From positions 448,001 through 512,000 of the forward strand of contig CAVSGM010000001.1 in the NCBI GenBank assembly GCA_963727485.1: a DNA stretch of 64,000 nt, written 5' to 3'. Under the pieces are notes generated by a model. It searched no databases. It saw nothing but the letters and a program-made list of their open reading frames with translations, and was not told where the DNA came from. The translations under genes and the position numbers were made by a program. Positions 48,695 through 58,892 of this stretch are shown here, in pieces. Position 1 is the first letter of the stretch; each line of letters starts with the position of its first letter. The stretch comes from an uncultured delta proteobacterium (GTDB taxonomy: Bacteria > Myxococcota > Myxococcia > SLRQ01).

Positions 48695-50968
48695 ATGCGG
48701 GCCCGTCGCGCGCTTCTCCTCCACCTCGCCGCCGCCGGGGTCTCCCTGGCCCTGGCCCTCGCCTTCGGCTGGCAGGGCGTGGCCCACCCGGTCACCCGCA
48801 TCTGGGGCGACCTCGGCGACGCCTGGCAGAACTGGTGGAACGGGTGGTGGATGGGCTTCGCCCTCTCCCACGGCCACTCGCCGTTCTTCACCCACCTCCT
48901 CTGGCACCCCGACGGCGTCCCCCTCTGGCTCCAGACCTTCGGGCCCCTCAACGCGCTGCTCACGGCGGTGGGCCAGTGGCTGCTGCCGGGCTTCGCCGGC
49001 TACAACCTCCTCGTCCTCTTCCACCTCGCCTTCGGGTGCTACGGGGGCTTCGTCCTCGCCTTCGGGATCCTCGAGCGCGCCCGGGCCACCGGCCGGCTCC
49101 CCGAGCGGCTCCCGGGGGCCGCGCGCTTCGGGGCGGCGATGGCCGGCGGGGCGACCTTCGGGCTCTCGCCCTACGTCTGGGCCCACATCTCGACGCACCT
49201 CCACCTCACGTCCATCGGCTTCGTGGCCCTCTTCGTCCACGCGGTCCTCGAGAGCCGCGCCCGGCCCGGGTGGAGGTGGCCGCTCGCCGCGGGCCTCTTC
49301 GCCCTGGGGACGGCGCTGTGCGGCTGGTACCTCATCGTCGACGAGGCAATCGTCGCGGGGGTGGTGGTGGCGGCGGCGCTCGTCGCCTGGCGCCGGGACG
49401 GGGGGCGGCCGGTGGGACGCCTGGCCCTGGCCGGCGCCTTCTCGGCGGTCCTCTGCCTGCCCCTGGTGGTCCCGACCCTCCTCGCCCTCCACCAGCCGCT
49501 GACCGGCGGCCACCCGGCGTCGGTGTTCTCGGCGGACCTCTGGAGCTTCTTCGTCCCCACCCCGATGATGGCCCTGGGCGCCCACTTCCGGGGGATCACC
49601 TCGCACTTCACCGGGAACGCCGGGGAGAACGGCGGGTACCTGGGCTACGCGGCGCTCCTGCTCTCGGGGATCGGCCTGGTGGCGCTCCGGGGCCGGCGGC
49701 TGGTCGCCCTCGCCATCGCCGGCCTCGCGGGGCTCATCCTCTCGCTGGGGCCCTGGCTCCACGTGGGCGGCGGGGTCCACCGCTCGGTGCCCCTCCCTTA
49801 CGCCTGGCTGGCGAAGGTGCTGCCGGTGTTGAACGGCCTGGGGTGCCCGGTGCGCTTCGAGCTGCCCATGAACCTCTTCCTCGCCGCCGGGGTCGCCGCG
49901 GGGATCGCCTGGATCGCCGGACGCCTGATGCGCCGGGCGGCGCCGGCGTGGGTCCTGGCGCTCGCGGTGGTGCTCCCGGGCGCCGCGGTCGCCGGCGAGT
50001 ACGCGCCCTTCGGCCAGTCCACCGCCCGCCTGCCGGCGCCGGCGTGGCTCGAGGCCCTGGCGAAGGATCCGCGCCCCTGGGCCATGGCCGACCTCACCGG
50101 GTGGAGCGAGCCCCTGTGGCACCAGACCCTCCACCACCACCCGATCCTCCACGGCTACATCTCCCGGCGGCCCAAGCGGCTGGTGGACAAGCTGATGGGC
50201 GACCCGGTCCTCGGCGGCCTCTACGACCAGGCCCTCTGGGGCGGCCGCGATCTCCCGGTGCGGGTGGCCCTGCGCCGGGTCGACCCGCGCCTGGACTTCC
50301 GCTGGGGCGCCGGCTCCCCGGGCCCGGGGGTCGCCCCCGACTTCGCGGTGATGTGGAACGGCACCCTCACCGTCCCCGCCGCCGGGCCCTGGCGCTTCGT
50401 CCTCGGGAGCGACGACGGCGCCGTCCTCTGGCTCGACGGCCACCGGGTGGTCGCCACCCCGGGCCGCCACCCCTACCTCGAGCGTGAGGCGACCGTCGGG
50501 CTCGGGGCCGGTCCCCACCGGATCCGGGTCTACTACCGGGACCTCGGGGGCCTCGCGGCGCTCACCCTGCGCTGGGCCGGTCCCCACACCCCGCTGGCGG
50601 TGGTGCCGGCCTCGGCGCTGGCCACCCCCGGCGGCGCCCCCGGCCTCGAGGCGGTCTACCGGGACCGCGCCCCCCACACCAAGCTGGCCCCGGCGGCGGC
50701 CCGGGCCTGGCTCCGGGACCACTGGGGCGTGCGCTACCTGCTCACGCGGACGGCCCAGACGCCCTGGCTGGTGTCCCACGACCTGGGCCTCGTCCCCGTC
50801 CACCGGGGCGGCGGGCTCACCCTCTGGGAGGTGCGCCTTCGAGGCGCTGGGCCACGTCGGACATCGTCTCCATCTGCAGGTGCTGGATCTCCAGGAGCTG
50901 CTGCCACTGGTGCATCAGCAGGTAGTCCAGCTTCTCCGAGAGGTGGCGGATCTCCAGCTCGGCCTTGA
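48695..50968 (+). CDS. Polytopic GT-C/YfhO-like membrane protein with PA14 domain
   Basis: GDAWQNWWN, multiple TM helices, ADLWSFF, LSLGP; PA14 motifs FAVMWNG and SDDGAVLWLDG. 3' end overlaps the opposite gene. Confidence 0.7.
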   Translation: MRARRALLLHLAAAGVSLALALAFGWQGVAHPVTRIWGDLGDAWQNWWNGWWMGFALSHGHSPFFTHLLWHPDGVPLWLQTFGPLNALLTAVGQWLLPGFAGYNLLVLFHLAFGCYGGFVLAFGILERARATGRLPERLPGAARFGAAMAGGATFGLSPYVWAHISTHLHLTSIGFVALFVHAVLESRARPGWRWPLAAGLFALGTALCGWYLIVDEAIVAGVVVAAALVAWRRDGGRPVGRLALAGAFSAVLCLPLVVPTLLALHQPLTGGHPASVFSADLWSFFVPTPMMALGAHFRGITSHFTGNAGENGGYLGYAALLLSGIGLVALRGRRLVALAIAGLAGLILSLGPWLHVGGGVHRSVPLPYAWLAKVLPVLNGLGCPVRFELPMNLFLAAGVAAGIAWIAGRLMRRAAPAWVLALAVVLPGAAVAGEYAPFGQSTARLPAPAWLEALAKDPRPWAMADLTGWSEPLWHQTLHHHPILHGYISRRPKRLVDKLMGDPVLGGLYDQALWGGRDLPVRVALRRVDPRLDFRWGAGSPGPGVAPDFAVMWNGTLTVPAAGPWRFVLGSDDGAVLWLDGHRVVATPGRHPYLEREATVGLGAGPHRIRVYYRDLGGLAALTLRWAGPHTPLAVVPASALATPGGAPGLEAVYRDRAPHTKLAPAAARAWLRDHWGVRYLLTRTAQTPWLVSHDLGLVPVHRGGGLTLWEVRLRGAGPRRTSSPSAGAGSPGAAATGASAGSPASPRGGGSPARP

Positions 50969-51554
50969 GGTTGGTCTTGAAGTCCGACTCGGAGCGCAGG
51001 CGATCCTTCGCCTCCTGGCGGTTCTGGCTCATCATGATCACCGGCGCCTGGATCGCCGCGAGGCAGGAGAGCACCAGGTTCAGCAGGATGTAGGGGTAGG
51101 GGTCGAAGGGCCGGTGCATCAGGCCCACCGAGTTGATGGCGATCCACACCGTGAGGACGAGGCCGAAGCCGATGATGAAGGTCCAGCTTCCGCCGATCTC
51201 CGCCACCCGGTCGGCGATGCGCTGGCCCCAGCCGAGGTGCGCGTCGAACTCCTCGTTGAGGTTGGCGGCGATGGTCTCGTGCTCTTCGAGACTCTTGACC
51301 ACCTCGTCCTCGATGGCGTCGAGGTCGCCGCGCTCGCGCTCGAGGACGTCCTCGACGTAGGCGGCGCGGAAGCGGTGGAGGTCCTCGAGGCAGACGCCGG
51401 CGTCGTCGGGGAGCTCGGGGACCTCCTGGCGCATGAGGTGGACGACGCTCTGGCGGACCATGGCCACGGGCATCAGCTCGGGGAGCGGCAGGCGCTTGCC
51501 GCAGATGGCGCAGCGCGCGACGCGCAGGGCGCGGGCGGGGACGTGGGTGCTCAT
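50817..51554 (-). CDS. DUF1003 domain protein
   Basis: IADRVAEIGGSWTFI, FDPYPYILLNL, QAPVIMMSQNRQ. Confidence 0.92.
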   Translation of the reverse strand: MSTHVPARALRVARCAICGKRLPLPELMPVAMVRQSVVHLMRQEVPELPDDAGVCLEDLHRFRAAYVEDVLERERGDLDAIEDEVVKSLEEHETIAANLNEEFDAHLGWGQRIADRVAEIGGSWTFIIGFGLVLTVWIAINSVGLMHRPFDPYPYILLNLVLSCLAAIQAPVIMMSQNRQEAKDRLRSESDFKTNLKAELEIRHLSEKLDYLLMHQWQQLLEIQHLQMETMSDVAQRLEGAPPRG

Positions 51555-51694
51555 CGCAGGCCTCCTCGGGGCCCACGGTAGGCCCGGGACCAGCATACCC
51601 CGCGCCTTGGCTTTGCCGGGACCGTGAGCCCGCACCCTGCCCGACAAGGGCTCTCTGACGGCGCCCGTTCCCCGGCGTTCCCATGGTGGCCGCT

Positions 51695-53427
51695 TCAGGT
51701 GGAGGTCAGTTCCTCGATGGCGGCGAGGAGATCACTGCCGCCCGCGCGCGCGGCGAGGTCGTCCCGGGTGACGGGGGCGAGCTCGTCGAGACCGAAGCGG
51801 TCGGCGTAGGCCCGGTAGACCACCCGGGCGCAGGCGGGTGCCGCGTGGCAGCGGTCCTGGTGAGGGCAGGGGACCGTGGGGCTCAGGTCCACCTGATTTC
51901 CGCCGGCGCTCTCGAAGGCGATGCGCTGGTGTGGGTAGAGGGTCCCCGAGGGCGCCGGCAGCCGGTGCTCGAAGCGGGTGGGCGTGAGGACCTCGACCCC
52001 GGCGCGCCGCTCGTGGGCGAGCTCGACGCACACCGGGATCTCGCCCCAGCTGAACTGGCCCACGGTCTCACCGGACGCCGGGAAGATCCGGAGCAGGACC
52101 TCGGTGAAGGGAATCGCGACCTTGGGGTAGACCCGGGCGGCGTCGGTGCCCGTGGGGTGGGGCAGGGACAGGGCGAGGGTGTCGGTGAAGCGCCGGGCGA
52201 CCGCGTCGAGGGCCGAGAGGTCGTCGAGGTTTTCGGGCACCACCACGGTGGTGAGGATCAGCCGGCCCTCCTCCGAGAGACGATCCCGGACGTTTGCCAG
52301 CACCACCATCATGTCCTCGAAGGCGCCAGGGCGGCCCACCACGCGGTCATGGACGGCGGCTGTGGAGCCATAGAGGGGGACGTCGATCCGGTAGCGCACC
52401 CGCAGGGCCCCCATGACCCGGTCGGCCATGGCCGGGTCGGCGAGAGGCCGGCAGGAGCTCTTGAGCTCGAATCTCGGTGAACCCTCGGGCCTGCGCCTCC
52501 TCGATGAGGTCGACCGCCCAGGGGGCGGCGAGGGGCTCGACCCCGTTGATGCGCAGCCGCCAGGCCCCCCGGGTCGCGGCCTGTCGGATGCCCTCGAGGG
52601 AACCGGTTCGCGTCTGCGTCGGCTCGCGCCTCGCGCTCGACGACCGAGAGGCAGCAGAAGCTGCAGGCCTGACCGCACGGGGCGCTGATGGAGGCCTGGA
52701 AGGTGTCGAGCGGGCCGTCGTCGGGAAGGGACAGGTTCTGGGAGGTCCGGGGCGGGTGGACCCGGATGGCCGCCTCCACGGCCTCGAGGCGCATGCCCAG
52801 CGCGAACACCAGCCGGGCCGCCTCGGTATCGGCGAGCCCCTCGCCGGGCAGGTGGCTCAGGGAGAACCGATTGCTGACGTAGAGGCCGTCCCGGTCCGCC
52901 GCAGCGAGGAGGACGTCGAGGTGGGGGGTGCCCGCCGGCGAGGCGAGCCTGACGCGCAGGGCGTGGTCGGAGGTGGGGTCCACCGAGGCCACCCGGAAGC
53001 CGGCCGGGAGGGGGTGGTCCTCGGAGACCAGGGTCTCGAGGAGGGGGGTGATGGACTCCGGGTCCAGGTGGACGTCCACGGGCTCGGACCCCGCGGCCAC
53101 CTCGGTGAGCCGGGTGAGCAGCCCGGGTCGGGTCGGCCGGCGAGGGCCTGGACGGTGCGGTGCGCGGCGGTCCGGGTTGCCGGCGGCAGGCCCGAGGCGG
53201 CATCGAGGTGCGCGGCGTAGTGGCCGCCCGCCGCCTCCGACCAGACGACCCCGAAGCGCAGGGCGCGGGGCCCCTCGAGCCCGAATCCAGACGGCATCCG
53301 CCGACCGTCGCTCCAGCTTCGCCACCCGGAAGCGGTCACCGAGGGTCCGGGCGCACACCCGTCGGACCGCTTCCTCGGCCCGGGGGGGCAAGAAGCAGGG
53401 GTGGGACCGCGTGCGCGCTCGCGTCAT
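51695..53427 (-). pseudogene. Radical SAM protein, multiply frameshifted
   Basis: CGQACSFC (CX3CX2C) in one frame; VPLYG...HDRVVGRPGAF, TVVVPENL and C-terminal C..C..C in another frame. Confidence 0.65.
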
Positions 53428-53558
53428 CGCGCGGATTGAAGCACCTGGTCTCGCGAAGCGTCAATGCGGGGGCGAAGGCGCCCCGTCGCCTTGACAGCCC
53501 CGGGGGCCGGTGATGACTGTCCCCTCGCTCCCCTGACCCTCGAGAGAAAGGACACGCC

Positions 53559-54191
53559 ATGGAGCTCACCAGCAAGAGCCTGGCCGCCGGCCAGCCGGTC
53601 CCCGAGCGCTACGCCTTCGGCAAGCCCGACGCCGAGACCCACATCGGCTTCGCCGGGAACGTGAGCCCCGACCTCGCCTGGTCCGGGCTCCCCGAGGGCA
53701 CCCGATCCCTGGTCGTCCTCTGCGTGGATCCCGACGCGCCCACCAAGCCCGACGACGTGAACAAGGAGGGGCACTCGGTGCCCTACGACCTCCCCCGCGC
53801 CGAGTTCGTCCACTGGGTGGTGGTCGATCTCAAGCCCGACGCCGGCGGCGTCGACGAGGGCGCCTACGGCGAGGGGGTCATCGCCCACGGGAAGTCCGGG
53901 CCGGAGGGCCCCGGCGGCACCCGCATCGGCAAGAACGACTACACCTCCTGGTTCGCCGGCGACGGCGACATGGAGGGGACCTACTTCGGGTACGACGGGC
54001 CCTGCCCGCCGTGGAACGACGAGCGGGTCCACCGCTACCGGTTCACCGTCTACGCCACCGACCTCGAGCGGTGCCCGGTGGACGGCGAGTTCGACGCGGC
54101 GGCGGTGCGCGCGGCCATCGAGGGCCACGTCCTCGACCAGGCGACCCTGGAGACGAGCTACACCATCAACCCCGACGCCAGGATGCCCTGA
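53559..54191 (+). CDS. YbhB/YbcL family PEBP protein
   Basis: NVSPDLAW, DPDAP, FVHW, YDGPCPP, HRY. Confidence 0.92.
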   Translation: MELTSKSLAAGQPVPERYAFGKPDAETHIGFAGNVSPDLAWSGLPEGTRSLVVLCVDPDAPTKPDDVNKEGHSVPYDLPRAEFVHWVVVDLKPDAGGVDEGAYGEGVIAHGKSGPEGPGGTRIGKNDYTSWFAGDGDMEGTYFGYDGPCPPWNDERVHRYRFTVYATDLERCPVDGEFDAAAVRAAIEGHVLDQATLETSYTINPDARMP

Positions 54192-54396
54192 GCCCGGGTC
54201 TACCACGCCTCGGACCGCGGCGGCTCGGGCCCAGACGATCGAGGATGCCCTCGAGGGACCGCCGCTGGGCCTTGAGCATCTCCCGGTAGTCCTTGCGGTC
54301 GGTGTCGGTGATCTCCATCCGGAGGTCGGAGAGATAGCGCTCCATCACCTGGCGGAGCACCGCGGTCTCCTCGCTGTCCAGGTCGAGGCGTGTCAT
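54166..54396 (-). CDS. Small hypothetical helical protein
   Basis: RBS AAGGAG; YLSDLRMEITDTD...REMLK. Confidence 0.6.
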   Translation of the reverse strand: MTRLDLDSEETAVLRQVMERYLSDLRMEITDTDRKDYREMLKAQRRSLEGILDRLGPSRRGPRRGRPGLRASWRRG

Positions 54397-54436
54397 GGTG
54401 CGGCTCCTTCTTGGGGCTCGCGGCCCCCGGGAGAAC

Positions 54437-55096
54437 CTAGGCACCGGCGGACGCCCGGTGTAGGGCGGCTACCAGCCGTCGGGGACGCGGCCGGCGAGGC
54501 AGGTGACGGTGTGGGGGGCCGTGGGGGTGGACCACCGGGCGCGGACGGGGCTCGGCGGGGGTGCCCTCGAGGAGGCCCTCGGCCGGGTCCCAGTCGGGCG
54601 CGGCGCCGGGGGCGAGGCTGTGCAGCCCGCTCTGCCAGGGGCCGATGATGAAGGTGTGGCCGGCGACCCGGCACCCGAGGGTCTCGGCGAGGCGCCGGGT
54701 GAAGCGCTGGCCGGCCTCGGCGCCGACGGTCTCGCAGGTGCGCCACCACCACAGGGCGTCCTCCCCGGTGAGCCGGGCCTTCACCGCCCGGAGGCGCAGG
54801 TGCCGGGGGTCGGTGGTCTTCAGGATGGCGTCGTCGAGGACGGTGTCGCCGAGGCGGGCGCTGCCCCAGTGGCCGTGGCCCCAGTACTGGATCTCGGCGA
54901 CCGGGCGCCCGGGGGCGACGGTGGCGAGCCAGGCGAGGGCCTCGTCCCAGCTCGCCGCGCCGAGCCAGGCGTCGAAACGGCCCAGCGCCCGGTAGAGGAG
55001 GGCGCCGGCGCGCCAGCTGGTGGTCAGCCCCGGGAGGCCGAAGCGCCCGCCGCAGGTGCGGTCATGGACCATCAGGCGCAGGGGGCGATCGGACAT
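54437..55096 (-). CDS. Hypothetical protein, DUF4347/caspase-like His-Cys pattern (likely 3' frameshift; alternative stop at 54469)
   Basis: IQYWGHGHWG...WWRTCE...VAGHT. Confidence 0.55.
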   Translation of the reverse strand: MSDRPLRLMVHDRTCGGRFGLPGLTTSWRAGALLYRALGRFDAWLGAASWDEALAWLATVAPGRPVAEIQYWGHGHWGSARLGDTVLDDAILKTTDPRHLRLRAVKARLTGEDALWWWRTCETVGAEAGQRFTRRLAETLGCRVAGHTFIIGPWQSGLHSLAPGAAPDWDPAEGLLEGTPAEPRPRPVVHPHGPPHRHLPRRPRPRRLVAALHRASAGA

Positions 55097-55120
55097 GGGG
55101 GGCGACGCGTGTGGCGGGGG

Positions 55121-55879
55121 TCAGAGGCGGGTGGCGCGGACCAGGAGCCGGGGGCACCCCTCGCGCAGGGGCCCGCCCGCATGATCGCCCCAGAGGGCGT
55201 CCACGTCGAACCCGGCGGCCTCCAGGAGCCACTCGAGCTCCCGGGGGAAGGCCAGGCGCAGGTGGAGGTGGGCCGACGCCACCAGGGCGTCGCCCAGGTA
55301 GTAGCGGTCCAGGAGGTGGAGGCGGCCGGCGACGGGGTGGCGCCACACCTCCCGGGTGCGCCGGGCCGGCCGGCCGTCGACCTCGCCCCGCCACGCGGGC
55401 TTCTCCTCGGTGTGGGGGGTGCCGAGGCGCGAGAAGTCGGGCATGGGCAGGTCGAGGGTCACCGCGCCGCCGGGCTTCAGGGCCCGGTGCACGGCGTCGA
55501 GGCAGGCGGCCTGGTCGGCGCGGGTCTTGAGGAAGGCAAAGGCGCCGTTGGGGACGAGGACCTCGCTGAAGGTGCCGAGGTCGAAGGCGCGCATGTCCCC
55601 GAGGACGTACCGGCTCCGGCCCCGGGCCCGGGCGAGCATCGCCGCCGAGGCATCGAGGCCGACGACGGTGCGGTGGTCCTCGAGGCCCCGGCAGACGCGC
55701 CCGGTGCCGCAGCCGAGGACCAGGAGGGGGCCGGGGACGCCGCGCCGGGCGTAGCCGAGGATGTCCGCGCCGGTGGCCCGGTCGTGCTCGGCGTCGTAGA
55801 AGGCGGCGATGTGGGCGTAGGGATCGTCGGCGGGGGGGCCGGCGGATCCGGGGACGGGGGACCCGATGGGTGGGACCAT
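55121..55879 (-). CDS. Class I SAM-dependent methyltransferase
   Basis: LVLGCGTGR, GLDASAAML, GDMRAF, LKPGG. Confidence 0.88.
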   Translation of the reverse strand: MVPPIGSPVPGSAGPPADDPYAHIAAFYDAEHDRATGADILGYARRGVPGPLLVLGCGTGRVCRGLEDHRTVVGLDASAAMLARARGRSRYVLGDMRAFDLGTFSEVLVPNGAFAFLKTRADQAACLDAVHRALKPGGAVTLDLPMPDFSRLGTPHTEEKPAWRGEVDGRPARRTREVWRHPVAGRLHLLDRYYLGDALVASAHLHLRLAFPRELEWLLEAAGFDVDALWGDHAGGPLREGCPRLLVRATRL

Positions 55880-55940
55880 GGGGTGAGGCTCTCCGAGGCC
55901 GTGGCCTCGGGAGGGAATCATCGTCCGGGCGCAGGCGGCG

Positions 55941-56906
55941 TCAAGCGGACCCGAGGAGCGCCGGCAGCGCGGCGAGGTCGAGGTTCCCGCCCGAGAGGAC
56001 GACGCCCACCCGCCGGGCGCCGGCGGGGACGCGGCCCAGGAGCACCGGCGCCAGGGCCGCCGCCGCCGAGGGCTCGATGACCAGCTTCAGGCGCGAGAGG
56101 GCGAAGCGCAGGGCGGCGCGGATCTCGTCCTCGGTCACCGTCTGCATGTCGGCGAGGTGGGCGCGCATGATCGCCAGGTTCCGCTCGCCGATGTGCCGGG
56201 TGCGCAGCCCGTCGGCGATGGTCGCGGGCACGGCGTCCAGGGTGACCACCTGCCCCGCGCGGAAGGACCGCCCGCCGTCGTCGGCGACCGCGGGCTCCAC
56301 GCCGATGACCCGGCACCCGGGGCTGCTGGCCGCCGGCCAGCGCCGAGCCGCTGGCGAGCCCCCCGCCGCCCACCGGGACGAAGAGGGCGTCGAGGGCGCC
56401 CACCTCGTCGAAGAGCTCGAGGGCGGCGGTGCCCTGGCCGGCGATGATGTCGGCGTCGTCGTAGGGGTGGACCAGGTGCTGGCCGCCGCGGGCCATCTCG
56501 GCGGCGGTGACCTCTTCCCGGTCGGCGGCGTCGCAGGGGACGATGCGCGCCCCGTAGCCCTCGGTGGCGGCGCGCTTGGCCGGGGGCGCGTCGTGGGGCA
56601 TGACCACGGTCGCCGGGGCGCCGAGGAGCCGCGCCGCCAGCGCCAGGCCCTGGGCATGGTTCCCGGAGGAGTGGGTGATGACGCCCCGGGCGCGCGTTGC
56701 GGCGAGAGGCGGCTCACCGCGTGGTAGGCGCCCCGGAACTTGAAGGCGCCGACGCGTTGGAAGCTCTCGCACTTGAGGAAGACGGTGGCGCCGGCCCGGG
56801 CGTCGAGGGTCCGGGAGGTGGCGACGGGCGTCCGGTTGACCACGCCGGCGAGGCGCTCGGCGGCGGCGAGGACGTCGGATTCGGTGGGGAGGTCGCTCGG
56901 CGGCAT
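55941..56906 (-). CDS. Threonine/serine dehydratase or serine racemase (PLP), with two compensating frameshifts
   Basis: FLKCESFQRVGAFKFRG; HSSGNHAQG and PVGGGGL in the shifted frame; TIADG, SGGN. Confidence 0.85.
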   Translation of the reverse strand: MPPSDLPTESDVLAAAERLAGVVNRTPVATSRTLDARAGATVFLKCESFQRVGAFKFRGAYHAVSRLSPQRAPGASSPTPPGTMPRAWRWRRGSSAPRRPWSCPTTRPRPSAPPPRATGRASSPATPPTGKRSPPPRWPAAASTWSTPTTTPTSSPARAPPPSSSSTRWAPSTPSSSRWAAGGSPAARRWPAASSPGCRVIGVEPAVADDGGRSFRAGQVVTLDAVPATIADGLRTRHIGERNLAIMRAHLADMQTVTEDEIRAALRFALSRLKLVIEPSAAAALAPVLLGRVPAGARRVGVVLSGGNLDLAALPALLGSA

Positions 56907-57390
56907 CTGTACCGCTCCCGATGCGATACGGAAGCGGGCAGATCGAGGGCCATCGATCCGGAGGAGGGTGGTGCGCCGTGGCATCGACGCGGTATTGAGC
57001 ATCCGACTGAGGGAAGGGCTGGGGGATGCCCGTGCGCTCTGCGACCCTGGTGACGCCACCGTTCCGGTCGATCACGTCCCGGAGCCGGCGCTTGAACGCC
57101 ATGATGTCGCCTGCGATGCGCTCCAGTTCTCCGAAGGGAATGCGGGGGCGCTCGGCCTCGGTCGGCAGCCAGTCATCGAGTGCCTCCTGGATGTCGGCGA
57201 CAATCTCGTCTCGGTCGGCGTCCCCACCCTCGGCCCAGAGTCCGAGCAGGTGCGTATAGCCCGGGATCCCTTGGTACGATCGAGAGGGCCTGACGGGACG
57301 AGTCCCTCGGGAGCGCCTCGATCTCGCATGTCGCGGAGAATCTCGTGGGCTCGGAAAATCTCGATCGGTATCGAGTTCGTGGTCGCTCAT
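56907..57390 (-). CDS. Putative antitoxin/XRE-HTH regulator (frameshifted; 3' end uncertain)
   Basis: GGVTRVAERTGIPQP|SLSRMLNTASMPRRTTLLRI HTH split across frames. ATGA coupling to the upstream gene. Confidence 0.6.
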
Positions 57391-57790
57391 GGGATGCCTC
57401 GGTACGTCCAGCGGCCCTGTTGGATCATCGACACGTAGTGTTTGAGCCTGGCTACCTCACGCTCGTCGCGCTGCGGGCCGTCCTTGACGTAGGCCCGGCA
57501 CAGATGGGCGACACCGTTCAGCAGCACGACCCCGAGTCGGAGCTGGACCCTGCCCGGCCCGAGCTCGTGCCACTTCATCTTGTCGGCGTGTGGGATGGTC
57601 TGGCCCGCCAAGTCGGTTGCGGGTCCCCAGAACTTGTCATTCTGGAACGTGGGTTCGGTCGGATAGCTGTGCAGCCTTTCCACGTCCGGCCGGATGACGA
57701 ACTCATAGGTCTGGCTGTGGAACACGTGGCGTCCTACGAGGTCGAGGTAACTCTGCAAGGCCCACTCGGTGATGATGGTCTACAGTGCCC
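57387..57790 (-). CDS. Putative RelE/HigB-like toxin (start uncertain)
   Basis: IITEWALQSYLDL...WHEL...QLRLGVVL...LCRAYVK; lower GC; RBS GGGAGG near 57795. Confidence 0.5.
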
Positions 57791-57811
57791 GCCTCCCGAC
57801 CCCGGGCAGAG

Positions 57812-57841
57812 CCTATAACATTCATAGCATTTGTGACTCAA
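57812..57841 (-). promoter_or_regulatory. Promoter with overlapping imperfect palindrome (possible autoregulatory operator)
   Basis: TTGAGT-N17/18-(T)TATAGG; CTATGA-ATG-TTATAG overlaps the -10 box. Confidence 0.45.
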
Positions 57842-57903
57842 GTCCTTGATTCCGGGGACCAACCGGGAGTGGTATCACCTACCCCGACCCGACATCCACA
57901 GTC

Positions 57904-58876
57904 ATGCACCCGATCCCCCTCGAGACCCTGGAGCGCGAGGCCGACGCCTTCGATGCCGCGGTCCGCCGGACCCCGGACATCGACCGGTTCTGCACCTCGT
58001 CGGCGTGGCTCCTCCCGGCGCACCGGTCGCTGATGCCGCCCCGGGCGCCGTGGATCTTCCAGGGGCGCTCCGGGTGGATGGTGCTGGCCCGGGGCCTCGA
58101 GCCCGTCTACGGCCAGTACCTCCAGCCCTTCGAGGCGATGTGGGGCTTCGCCTCGGGGCTGGTGGGCCCGGACCCGGTGGCGCTGGCCGAGGAGGTCGCC
58201 GACACCCTGCTGCGCACCCGGAGCGGCTGGGACCTGCTCATCCTCTCGGGGATCCGCCGGGAGGGGCCGCTCTTCGAGGGGCTGGTGCGGCGCCTCCGCG
58301 GCCGGATGGACCTGGGCCTCGGCCCCGAGACCACGCGGCGCACCGCCAGCCTCGAAGGCGGCGTCGACGGGTTCCTCGGCCGGCGGAGTGCCGCCTTCCG
58401 CCGGCAACCTCCGCAGCGCGAGGCGCCGGGCCGCCGGCGCCGGGATCACCTTCGAGCGCCACCTGCGCCTCGCCGACCCCGCCGAGATCCTGGAGCGGAG
58501 CCTGGCGGTGGAGCGGCGCAGCTGGAAGGGCCGGGAGCAGGTGGGCATCGGCGGCGGGCAGATGGAGGCCTTCTACCGGGACATGCTCCCGCGGCTGGCG
58601 CGCACGGGCGCCCTCCGGGCGGTCTTCGCCCGGGCCGGGGAGCGCGACGTGGGCTTCGTGTTCGGCGGGGTCCTCGGGGACACCTACCGGGGGCTGCAGA
58701 TGGGCTACGACGCGGCCCTGAAGGCGCTGTCCCTCGGGTCGCTGGTGCAGCTGGAGCTCATCGAGGCGCTGTGCGACGAGGGCGCCGCCGTCTACGACCT
58801 CGGCCAGGACATCGCCTACAAGCACCGGTGGAGCGAGCCGGGGCTCGCCACCGTGACCCTGGTGGCCGGGCGCTGA
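57904..58876 (+). CDS. GNAT family (CelD/BcsL-like) acetyltransferase (frameshift near 58405)
   Basis: FRR|NLR, RSWKG, QMGYD...LSLGSL, YDLG...YKHRW. Confidence 0.8.
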
Positions 58877-58892
58877 AGCCCGCTGGCGGCGG

